Source of the DNA: Octopus bimaculoides
Lineage: Eukaryota
Assembly: GCF_001194135.2 (NCBI RefSeq)
Contig: NC_068983.1
Location: 99,437,261-99,501,260 of the forward strand
DNA length: 64,000 bases
Direction: 5' to 3'
The position numbers and the translations under genes are program-made. The notes beneath the pieces are model-generated. The model worked only from the letters and a program-made list of their open reading frames with translations. It had not been told where the DNA came from and searched no databases. The first letter of the stretch is position 1; every line of letters begins with the position of its first letter. Of the stretch, positions 51,201 to 62,739 are shown piece after piece.

Positions 51201-52498
51201 AGACATGGTAGGAAATCAACTTACCACCACGTCTAATATTAAAAAAAAATTTCATGGGGGTGTACAAAAGGAACTCTTTCCGTATCACCTGACACTTCGG
51301 TGAGACGAGTTGCCAACGTTGACAAGAACTTTGCGGTTAGTGGCATAATCCCTACGAACGTCTCAAACGCCACAGGTTAGAAAAGCTAGTTCATTGTCAT
51401 GTCTCGATACTTCAGGGTTTTCTTTCGTTCGGCTACGGAAGCAGTGACCCTCCCATTAACTGCAGGATGTAGGAGGAAGCAAAGGAGTCGCAGACTGCGG
51501 CGTCTCAAATAAAACATCTACCTCTAACCCAGGGACAGAGATAAAGACCATCTGGTCTCTTTCCATCACTTCTGGATAACCCCCAACGGCTCAAAAACTG
51601 TTGACCTTGTACCAAAATTTGAAATCAATATTTAATTAAAGGACAAATTCATTGAAATATCGACAAATGTAAAGTTTGAACCATAGATTCATAAATATCA
51701 TCTGAGACTCATCAGTCTTTCTTAAATTAAACAAGGCAAAAGAAAGAGCATGGACATCTTTTGCTGGGGTTGTTTAGATTATCGGGAATCACAAAGCTGA
51801 CAGTTGTCGCGAATTGGTAGATAACATGCTGAAATCTTGGGACAAATAAATAAAAATTAAAGGGAAGTAGGAAGTCTCTAAAAATTCCTTCGTTGTGTTA
51901 TATCCTAGACTTCTTCCCTGACAACTTTGGGACTGTAAGCGACGGGTATTAGCGAGCGTTTCGCCCCAGCAAATCTCCGTTATGGAAAGTAGATATCAAA
52001 GCAATTTTGGTTGGAATATTGATAGTTCGTGCAGAAAGGGAGCTATTTATACCACAAATACAAAAGAAGAAACTACAACATAAATAATAAAAATAAAAAT
52101 TCAGCGACTTAATGTCTACACGGTAGATGGTTGGGAGCAAGATTGGTGACTCACCAGTGAAACTAACTCCATTGTCTGGCATGACTAACATCAAACATCG
52201 CACACACAAATAACATAACCTGGTCATGGACTAGAAGCTGGGGAAAGAAAAGGAAAAGTGGAATGTTTTGGGGGTTATATAACATCTAGAGACTAGGGGA
52301 AATAGGTTATCAGATTTGAATTTGGCTTCACCGATTTAATTGAAAACGATAGTTTCCTTGTCTGTAAAAGAAAAAAAAAACAATTCCTAAGTTTGTTGCC
52401 TTGATTAATTAATGTTATTTATGAAAAAGTAAATGACTTCTAATTTACTATTGAAGTGAAACCACACAGAAACACCTTTTTAACCAAATCGTCTCACC

Positions 52499-52674
52499 AT
52501 GAACGGGGTGTGCACTCAGAGTAAAGAAAGTTTACCTGTTATTGAGGAAGTCTCTCAACTGAATGAACCAAAAGTAGATGAAATTGAAGAATTGAAAGAA
52601 ATGCTTAAACTGAGTCAAGCTGAAACTGGAAGAGTTCTTGAACAATTAAATAACCTAATTCTCCTTATAAAATT
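52499..52674 (+). CDS. Gene B exon 1
   Basis: MNGVCTQ..EELKEMLKLSQAETGRVLEQLNNLILLIK tt|gtatgt. Confidence 0.75.
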
Positions 52675-55600
52675 GTATGTAATATTATCGTTTGTTCATT
52701 CTTCTTGGTCTGTTTATATTTATTCGTTGTAGTCGACGTAACATAGTTTCACATCATTAGTATATGGTGTTACAGCCGAGATGTAATATCCTCGCATGAA
52801 TAGTTTAAAACTGCCATTCTTTATTGTTTGATCGCTTTATTAACGATTACTTCGTCAATCTCACTGGGACGACGACAGCGTTATCCCTACTTACTTCTTA
52901 TGGCTGTTTGTAAATAGTGTCTTAAGAAGTTGCGTTAATTTATACGCAGCACGGGTTTGGGGTATTATCTATGGTGTTGTTTATTTTTCTCTTTTGGTAG
53001 TAAAACCGCGAGACCATTATCTACGGTTAGTTTTTCTCGAACGTGACATCATGCATTACTGGTCGATCTTTGGTTTTAGGTACATATTTCTGCTGTATTG
53101 ATAATGAAAGTAAATCAATCCGGGGAAAAGCAGAAAAACAAATATGATAATTACGGTATCTCTCTAATTTCAAAACATTCATTTAACTTATGTCTTTTTT
53201 TTATATAATGACATTTGTTCAGGATTTTTGCTACAAAAATTATAACTTGGGATATACCTTAAGCAATAATGTTAAAATCATTAACAATTATCTTACACAT
53301 AATGAAATCGTTAAACTAAATGAGATAAAAATACTTTAATTATTTAGTATAACATACTGTTAATGCACCATTAGCATAAGGGTAACTTTTGGTTTTCTTG
53401 TTCCATTCTAGGTCTTGGAATGGCGATGTTGAAGCCACTACTCATATTTCAAAGATTATTGGTGAGTTATTGTGATTGTTATAGTTATCATACAGATAAT
53501 TTGGGAAAATATGTATTTGAGTTTTATTTAGATTTTTTTGTGGTGGTAGTGGGATTTGTATTTAAATTGGTAAGTTGGTATGTATATGTCTCTAATAATC
53601 CTCACATTACTTTGTCTAAAATCACTGTTGCCGTCGAATCATTAACAATAATATTTAATATTGCGGTTTCAAATTCCGCCAAGGTTGATTGACATTTGCC
53701 TTTCATCCTTTTGTGGTTGATAAAATAAGTATCAGTCAAACATTTGAGATGGCGTAATTGACTTACCCACTCTCCCGAAATTGCTGACCTTGTGACAAAG
53801 GCAGATAGCTAACAGAATTGTTAGAATGTTAGTGGCATTTCTTCCAGCTCTTTACGTTCTGAGTTCAGATTCTGCCAAGGTTAACTTTGCCCTTCATCAT
53901 TCCAGGGTGAATAAAATAAGTACCTGTTGAGCTCTGGTGTTGATGTAATCGACTAACCCACTTCACTAAAATTTCAGGCATTAGTTGACCCAGGGCTAGA
54001 GTAAAAGATATTTGTCCAAAGTGCTATGCCGTGGGACTGAACACGAAACCACATGGTTGTAAAGGTAGTTTCTAAGATATCAATACCTACAAATATTGCT
54101 TTTGTATATGCTTAACAGAAAACGTTTCAAAATGTCTTATGTTTACTGCTTTCTGTTTTCTGTTTCAATTTCGATTTGATTTGACTAATATTTTTGTTTT
54201 TAATTCTGTGCCTTATTTACAAAGGAAGAGAAAATACACTTAATGGAAGATGGCCAGATCAAAAAGTAAGTGTTTTTCTGAAAATTTTTGAAGTTCATTA
54301 CGATAAGCCTCATTATTAATTCAAATCCGCGCTCTCTCTCTCTCTCTCTCTCCCTCTCTCTCCCTCTCCCTCCCACTCTCTCTTTAGGTCTCCCTCTGTG
54401 CACACATATATATGGTAATGTGTGTGTGTATGATACAACCGCGTACAATCAAGAGATTGAAAATCTACTTTCTCTATCACCAATACTTCTGATACAACCA
54501 ATCTTTATAATCATGGCACAGATAACACTATAGAATATAGCACATACAAGAATGATGAATCAGACAGACCTACCTTAAGCCCTCATAGATTTTTTAGTTA
54601 CACCTATAGTAATATGAGGGTAAGCTGAAAAGTTTATAGGCTGACTGAAGGAGTGATACTAGAGCTTTCAACTCTTCTTATTAACAACTGCATTGTTTCT
54701 TTCCAGGTAAACTGACATCTGACTGTTCAAAGAAGACTTCAAAAATAACTAGCAGCAACTTCTTTTGAAAATGGACAAAATTTGGCATCCTGGTGTTACC
54801 AAATACTTGCAGAAAAAGGGCTTAGCCCCCAAAGACATTCATGCTGACATGGTTGTTATGTTAGGGGATGATGCTCCAGCTTTATCAATAGTGCAAAAGT
54901 GGGCGGCTGAATATAGGAGTGAAAAGGAGAGTCTTGAAGATGACCCAAGGTCTAGCCATACTGCGACTACCTTCAACATCAAAAACATTGACTGTGTTCA
55001 CCACATGGTTATGAATGACAGCAGTTGACTATAGCCAATGCTATTAACATATCTCATGTGAGATTTGAGAATATTCTGCACAGTGAATTTGGCATGATGA
55101 AGGTTTCTGCTTGGTGGGTGCCACATCTAATATCTGATCAAAGGCACATCATGCTGATCACATCACAGGAAAATCTGACATTGTTTGAGGAAAAGCAACT
55201 GGTTTTCTTGAATGGTTCCTAACCCAGGATGAGTGTTGGGTTCATCACTTTGAGCCAGAGACAAAGAGACAATCTATGCTGTGGAAGCACCCCTCCTCAC
55301 CTGTTCCAAAGAAAGTCAAGAGTGTTTTATCTGTAAGGAAGGTGATGACCTCTGTTTTTTGGGATGCAAAAGATATTGTATTTATTGACTGTCTTCAAAA
55401 AGGCCACCCCATCAATGATGAGTATTATGCTAACTTGCTGAGGCAGGTATGAAATGTTATCAAGACCAAATGCCAAGGAAAACTGATGATAGGGTTCGTG
55501 TTTCATCAGGACAATGCTCCAGCACAAAAATCTTTGGTTTCAATGGCTACTGTATGTGACTGGCTTTTAACTGGTTGGTCACCCTTCTTATTTTCATCTG

Positions 55601-56587
55601 TTCCCGAACATGTGAAAACAGTTGGCTGGTAACCAGTATCACAATGATGACGACGTCATATCTGCTGTTGATGACTTTTTTTGCCAAACAGAATGAAAGC
55701 TTTTTTCACCAATGGGATCCATGCACTGTGACACCAATGGAAGAGGTGTGGGAACCTCGTGTGGGGGGGGGGGNNNNNNNNNNGTTGAAAAAATAAACCA
55801 CATTTGGTAACATTCCATGAAAGTAACTTTTCAGCCAACCCTCGTATGCATGTGTGTGTGTGTGTGTATATATCATCATCATCGTCGTTTAACATCCACC
55901 TTCTATGCTGGCATGGGTTGGACAGCTTGACAGGAGCCTGAACCAAACTTCTTTGTCTGTTTTGGCAGGGTTTTTACAATTGGATACTGTCAACTTAATG
56001 TGACAGTCCCAATAAGGGAATATACTACTGCTATTTAGCCCTAGGAAGCTGGACCACTTCCTGTCGGCCTTGACACATTTCCTGTGTCCTTATGTTTACG
56101 AGGGGGAGACAAGCACCTCCACCCAGCTTAGCCTGCATTCAGAGACATGTTTCTGAGTTTTTGCTCATCATCAGCTTGAAGTAGCATGGCCAGCTGGCTG
56201 AAGAAGTCTGTCAAGTTGACAGTATACAACTACTTCATCGCATCACTACTGCTTAAGTCTCTCTGTGAGATTTTAAAATGTATTATTTCTAATTTTTGTA
56301 ATTAGTGAATGTGTTTCACTGAAATAATATACCTTTACGAGAGCTTGACAGACTTCTTCAGCCAGCTGGCCATGCTACTTCAAGCTGATGATGAGCAAAA
56401 ACTCAGAAACATGTCTCTAAATGCAGGCTAAGATGGGTGGAGGTGCTTGTCTCCCCCTCGTAAACATAAGGACACAGGAAATGTGTCAAGGCCGACAGGA
56501 AGCAGTCCAGCTTCCTAGGGCTAAATGGCAGTAATATATTCCCTTATTGGGACTGTCACGTTAAGTTGACAGTATACAACTACATTT

Positions 56588-56638
<51 letters not shown>

Positions 56639-59515
56639 CATATATTAATTATTTTTCTGGACACAGACTTGTGATTCTGGTACAAACACAGTATAAACTC
56701 ACAGGTGTTTTGTTGTCGATAGTGGAAATAAAAATGTTTTTGATCTTGTCTGAATTCGAAATAATAGCATATGTTTCTTTGCTTGTCCTTGATAGAGCAG
56801 CATATAATTATTCATGAGTGAATATTTTGTACCTGAGATATAATGTAAGATTTTGTATAGTCTGCTCCTGTGACTTGTTTATCTTCTATCTTTTATGTGG
56901 CAGTACATTGAAGGGTTTAGTCAAAGAAATTAACTCCAGTACTTATTTTTTGATTTTGGTACTTAATGTATCAGTCTCTTATATCAAATTGCTAAATTAC
57001 AGGTGTATAAACAAACCAACACTTTTTGTCAAGTGGTGATGGGACAAATACAAAGACACACGCACATGCACACATGTGCCTCCCCATCACATATATATAT
57101 ATGATGGGCTACCGCATAATTTCCATATACCAAATTCACTCACAAAGCATTGTTGGCCATGGGGTTACAGTGGGAGAAACTTGTTCAAGGTTCCACACAG
57201 TGGGACTGAATCTAAAATTATGTGGTTACAAAGCCACATCTTTATCTATAAAATTGATTTATGTGATAATTATACTGTCCATTGTTGACCAATGAATTTT
57301 ATGCATTTATGTCTAGGCATTGATAAAAAAAAATGGATAAAGTGACACTATTAAAGCTCAAACACCAAAAGAATACAGGGTATTGTTTAAAAGGAAAAAA
57401 AAAACAATCATTAAAAAAGAGTAAAAACAATTGAGCAAAATTATTAACTTGCAAATGATAAAATAAATGGGAAAATTGAAGCTGTTAAAGTACAAATGTC
57501 CAAAGCATATAATAAAAAACAGGAAAAGTGATATATTAGGCAACATATCATATTCCCTTTATGCTAAAAGGTTCCCTGAAAAATTGTCCAATGACAATTA
57601 AATTAACTGTAGATCTATAAACCTTTTGTTGTGATGTTTTTAGAATAGCACATCTATTTTGAGATGTAGCTTGTAATAAATCAGCATGACTGCACTGCAT
57701 TGATGTTGTAATTGCAACTAAACTAAACTGATTGCTTTTTTGTCTGATCATTTAAGTAGAATTTTGTCCATTAGTTTTCATTGTAAAATATTGCAGTCAT
57801 TGCAAGTACTAAAGAACTGGGAAACAATCACACAATTGCTGTTACATAAAAATGAAAAGGAAGATGGAAAGAAAATCAAAACAAAGCAACTTGAACATTT
57901 GCAACAGAGATATGACTTCTTTCAGAACACAATGTTGGATCATCAGCAGCTAATAAGGCAATTTGGCTGTTGTAAACCTTTGAAATCAGTATCAAGGAAA
58001 AGTTCTTGTAATCAACAACAATCCAAGGCAAGTGATTCATTTTACTAATCATTGTTAGCTTCAATATTTTAAGTACTGTCAACTAGCAGCACTATTATTT
58101 TTCTTATAGTTCCTATATGAACAATAATCATTGTAGAAAATGAAAATGTTAATTTTGTAGTAGATAGTTTTGCATGATGAGTTTAACATTGGATAAGATG
58201 ATGCACACTATTTATCATACACTGACTGTAACCAATACCAGGGTTCTACTCCAGTGACTACATAGAACAAGATAACTAACTATTTGACTCTGATCCAGTC
58301 TTACACATTGTCTGAGTTAGGTGATTTGAAATGTCTACATACTAACAGGACTATCCATGCTATTGTTTACTTACAAAAATGTCACTATTATCTTCAGTGT
58401 AGTAAATTGTATTAATAGTATAACAATATTGTGGTGATTGATACTACTCATCCTACAGGTTTGTATCTATTAAATATTTATTTGTTCTTATACTTGTCTT
58501 TGAGTTCCTTATTCTAAGTGTGGTTGGACTTGGCTTCTTTTAATTTGCCATCCTCTGTGTGTGTGAGACTTTCTTGTATGTGCACACATGACTACATGCA
58601 CCTACTTTTAAAACAAAGTGTAAGTTTTGGAACAATCAACCTATCCATTTACATATGTTCTTTCTTTTTCTGCTCACCAGTACCTATATGGACAACCTGT
58701 AGTCTATGGGACTTTCTAAACGGCACACCCAGCCAAGAATGACCTTGAATTGCTTTAGTAGTATGGCTTACCTAATGATGAGCCATGTCTCATTTAACCC
58801 ACCTCTCTAAAAAAATTGCCTATGTCTGACTTATACTCTATTTTATCTTTAAAATCCACATCAAAATCATATGCAATCCTTCTTTATGGAGACAACCTGA
58901 CTATAGAAGTCTCCCTTTACTTACTTTTCATTGTTTCTACCACTGTCCAAATTCCTCTGTATACCAAGAACTATTCAAATTTCTTTCATCCATCACTCCT
59001 CTCTGAAGTTCTCAGTCACTTCAATTTTCACAGCTCCTATTGGCTCTGACAAAAACTCCCACACCAGCAGTGGAGCATGAGCAGAATCTTCTACCATTCT
59101 CAACTTTCTATTATATTTTGTATCATGTCTGTGTGTGTGTCTTTTTGTGTCTGTTTGTCCCCCATCACTGCTTGACAGCTGGCGTTGGTGTGTTTACATC
59201 CCTGTGACTTAGTGGTTCAGTAAAAAAAGACTGATAGAATAAGTACTAGGCTTAAAATAAAAATAGGGACTGGGGTCGATTCCTTTGACTAAAATTCTTC
59301 AAGACACTTCCCCTGCATGGCTACAGTCTGATGATTGAAACAAGTAAATGATAAAAGATATCATATCTTTTCTATTTTACTTTCAGGATTTGAAACAAAA
59401 CAGAATGAATGAAGTAGATTCAAAACCATTAACTACAGACATTAACAATCTAGTTTTGGAAAATCTCTCAATACAGCCTGCACCTTCCATTAAAGAAGTA
59501 CCTGTTACCAACTGT
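52499..59515 (+). CDS. Unidentified spliced gene B (predicted coiled-coil protein, 3' end not seen)
   Basis: join(52499-52674,53412-53461,54225-54265,57797-58027,59387-59515). Phases 2,1,0,0 are all compatible and there are no stops; ACC-ATG context with an in-frame upstream TAA; intron 4 is GC-AG. Confidence 0.75.
53412..53461 (+). CDS. Gene B exon 2
   Basis: ttctag|g SWNGDVEATTHISKII g|gtgagt. Confidence 0.75.
54225..54265 (+). CDS. Gene B exon 3 (41 nt)
   Basis: Long pyrimidine tract, aaag|ga RENTLNGRWPDQK|gtaagt; bridges phase 1 to 0. Confidence 0.65.
54615..55844 (+). mobile_element. Decayed mariner transposon with TIRs
   Basis: TIRs tgagggtaagctgaaaagtt and aacttttcagccaaccctcg, TA-flanked; fragments LEDDPRS, WVPHL and FHQDNAPAQ. 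Confidence 0.85.
56138..56180 (-). ncRNA. Minimal hammerhead fold (family C)
   Basis: Reverse complement reads ttcaag CTGATGA tgag-caaaaa-ctca GAAA CAT GTC tctgaa; palindrome ACATGT; stem I 5/6. Confidence 0.7.
56379..56421 (+). ncRNA. Minimal hammerhead fold (family C), sense in gene B intron 3
   Basis: CTGATGA at 56385-91, tgag/ctca, GAAA at 56406-09, GTC at 56413-15; stem I 4/6. Confidence 0.65.
57797..58027 (+). CDS. Gene B exon 4 (GC donor)
   Basis: ttgcag|SLQVLKNWETITQLLLH..QRYDFFQNTMLDHQQLIRQ..QQQSK|gcaagt. Confidence 0.7.
59387..59515 (+). CDS. Gene B exon 5
   Basis: tttcag|DLKQNRMNEVDSKPL..KEVPVTNC|gtaagt; 43 codons. Confidence 0.7.
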
Positions 59516-59660
59516 GTAAGTTGAATTATACTGACTATATGATACAAAAAGCAGTTGACATCATTTGAGATCATTTAGAAATTTGGTTGCAATCATTTAA
59601 AATGCAGACAACATTCATTTCATCAGTTTCATTAAATGTAAAACAGCACAATATTAATAT

Positions 59661-59854
59661 TCTTTTCTACTCTAGGCACAAGGCCTGAAATTTTGGGGGA
59701 GGGGGCCAGTACATAACTGGTACTTAATTTATCGACCCCAAAAGGATAAAAGGCAAAGTCAACCTTGGCGGAATTTGAACTCAGAATGTAAAGACAGACG
59801 AAATACCGCTAAGCATTTTGCCTGGTATGCTAACATTTCTGCCAGCTCACCGCC
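59661..59854 (-). mobile_element. tRNA-derived SINE family S3
   Basis: Reverse complement ggcggtgagctggcagaa..ctgagttcaaattccgccaagg..; relatives at about 13760, 40860, 46190, 46370 and 53800. Confidence 0.75.
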
Positions 59855-61241
59855 TTAGCACAATACTAATATTATTAGACTGATCCATAGACAAGTTTCT
59901 ATAAAATATTCAGCTAATGTGTATGTGTATATGTATATACACATATATATGTGTGTGTATGTATGTATCTGTATTCTTCGTATCTATACTGTGTATGTGA
60001 GCATATGTATGCAATGCTACTTTGTAAGTCACAAATGTGACTGTGTAGTTAAGATGCTTGTTTTCCAGTCATGTAGTCTTGGGTTCAGTTCCACTGTGCA
60101 ACACCTTGGGCAAGTATATTCTACTATAGTCCTGGGCCAACCTAAACCTTCTGAGTGGATTTGGTAGATGAAAACTGAAAAAAAGGACCCTATGTATGTA
60201 TGTATATGTGTGTGTGTATGTTCCTGTGTACCCTGGTCTAGACAGCAATCGTGTTGTAAATGAGTGTCGTTGTCATATGAGTGACGATGTTCATTTCCAT
60301 TCTTCCATGAGAGACATATTTGACTATGGGAAAATGTCTACTTTGCTTGGAAACTGGTCAAGATTGGTGATGGGAAGGGTATCTAGCTGTAGAAAATCTG
60401 GCTCAACATATTTTCTCTGACTTATACAGGTATGGAAAAGTGGATGATAAATGAACTTGATGATGTGTGTGTCTTTGTGTGTAGGTATGTGTGATATTGT
60501 GTGTGTGTAGGTATGTGTGATAGTGTGTGTGTGTGTGTGTGTTTGTATTGCTTCTCATTGGTGTGTTGCAGTGAAGACATTTCTGAATATTTTACAAATT
60601 CTGACCATAATGCTGATTAAATGAATCAGTTGGATGTGAGCCAGCCATTTTGTTATTTGTATACAAGAACCCAACCTTTTTGGACCATTTCCTTTCATTT
60701 CCCTGTCAGATGTCTGGGTCAATGTTTATCATTGATTGTTATGTTCATATTTTACATTCTACCATTTTCTGTTTAAAGAGAATAAAGTATTTTGAAAGAG
60801 TCAATTTTCAAGTTCTTGATAGAACCCAATAATTGTAGTTTCATCATCATCATCATAATTTAACACCCACTTTTCCATACTTGTATGGGCCAGTTGGAAT
60901 TTGTTGAGACAGATTTCCTATGGCCTGATGCCATGCCTGTCACCAACCCTCACCTGTTTTCAAGCGAGGTAATAATCCCTATTGCTAGTCATGTTTTCCT
61001 CAGATGACTGGAAATGAACAAAGTCATTAATATGGCAGTGATGGTCTTTTATTGCTATCATGTGATGTCAAGACAAGGGTATATTCACACACACACACAC
61101 ACGAATGCACACACACGCACACGAATGCACACACACACACATGCAACATGACACACAAACACACACACATACATACATACAGGTTAAAGATCCAATAGAG
61201 GTAGAATCAACGAAAAAAGTACTCCATCCAGTGAGAGATAA

Positions 61242-61440
61242 ATATCAATTTAAATACACAACTGAAAGAGCTGTTAGTAGTTTCATGCTTTTATGATACT
61301 TGAACAGCCATATTTATAAAATACGCCTGAAAGATTGCTTTAAGATACATGGTGTATTTTATACATATGGCTGTTCAAGTATCATAAAAGTATGAAATTA
61401 CTAGTAGTTCTTTCAGTTGTGTATTTAAATTGATATATAT
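61242..61440. repeat. Imperfect inverted repeat with about 86-bp arms
   Basis: atatcaatttaaatacacaactgaaag..aaaatacgcc mirrored by ggtgtatttt..ctttcagttgtgtatttaaattgatat; 23-nt loop. Confidence 0.9.
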
Positions 61441-61446
61441 ATATAT

Positions 61447-61805
61447 ATATAATTGCCAACCAAGTGTGGTGTCCTATAAAGGACAGTGCTACTGATGTTT
61501 ATAGCCCCGGGAAGACATCTCTTCCAACTGGCTAACGACACACATTCTGGTGATTAACACACACTGAGGGCAGATAACCACCCAGAAACTTGAGTCTGTG
61601 TGTATCAAATAATGCTAGAGATGGGAGCGGTGACCTCCCTTCACAAATGCTAATCAGACACAGAATGTATGTCATTAGCCAGCTGGAAGAGATGTCTTCC
61701 TGGGCCTATAAACGTCAGCAGCACTGTCCTTTATAGGACGCCACACTTGGTTGGCAATTATATGTTACGGTTTCGTATTGCTGCTGTTTATATCTCACTA
61801 GAGAT
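61447..61805 (+). mobile_element. Penelope-like pseudo-LTR family A, second locus (inverted partial plus forward copy)
   Basis: 61447-61548 is inverted to 61658-61764; the forward part is homologous to 1467-1720. Confidence 0.7.
61557..61603 (+). ncRNA. Hammerhead motif (family A) with core variant CUGAGGG
   Basis: acacaca/tgtgtgt stem I 7/7; CTGAGGG at 61564-70; GAAA C ttga GTC at 61585-96. Confidence 0.5.
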
Positions 61806-61814
61806 TTAATATAG

Positions 61815-61867
<53 letters not shown>

Positions 61868-62368
61868 TTTCCCCTCCTCCACCACCCCACCCTATATAAA
61901 CTAGCTCACTCGGATTCTGCTACTTCATTTTAATAACTCCGCCAAAAGAATACAAATCCAGAAGATGTTCAGTTAAGAAATCTTGTTTTTTTTTCAACTT
62001 CGTACATCTAACACCTCTCTTTCTGTGCAGATCATAATCCCTTTATTAGTTCTTTTCATTATTCTATCTATTTCATTACCTATGTAAACCTAGTTTAAAC
62101 ATAGTTTCTTCTTCCATTCTGTTGTGTTTTAAAAACAAACTTAGGTTCCTTTCATTTACTGTCGTCACTTATTCATTTAATCAATTTTGTCACATCGTCA
62201 CTTATTTCTCTAATTTTGTCACAGATTGGCTGACTGAAAATTCTAAGATTTTTCAATTCCATTTCATTGTTATCAGCATTTGCTGTTTCATTAAATTATG
62301 TTACTCAAAATCCCAAAAGAATATTTTTCTCCCTCGTGTTCTATCCTTGACCAGCCTAACTCTGGTCC

Positions 62369-62399
<31 letters not shown>

Positions 62400-62739
62400 G
62401 ATAACCACTTGCTTCCCCAACACTTCCCCCTCCTCCACCACCCCACCCTATATAAACTAACTCACTCGGATTCCACTACTTCATTTTAATAACTTTGCCA
62501 AAAGATACAAATCCAGAAAACGTTCTCTAATTTCGCAGTACGCCCACCCTCTCACNNNNNNNNNNNNNNNNNNNNNNNNNNNNNNNNNNNNNNNNNNNNN
62601 NNNNNNNNNNNNNNNNNNNNNNNNNNNNNNNNNNNNNNNNNNNNNNNNNNNNNNNNNNNNNNNNNNNNNNNNNNNNNNNNNNNNNNNNNNNNNNNNNNNN
62701 GTCACCCATGAACACTTCTTAAGGCTTAACGCCATCCCC

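Larger units (their letters stand above)
55984..56575. mobile_element. Inverted PLE pseudo-LTR pair (family C)
   Basis: 232-bp arms at 55984-56215 and 56344-56575; direct repeat aagttgacagtatacaactac at 56213 and 56563. Confidence 0.75.
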
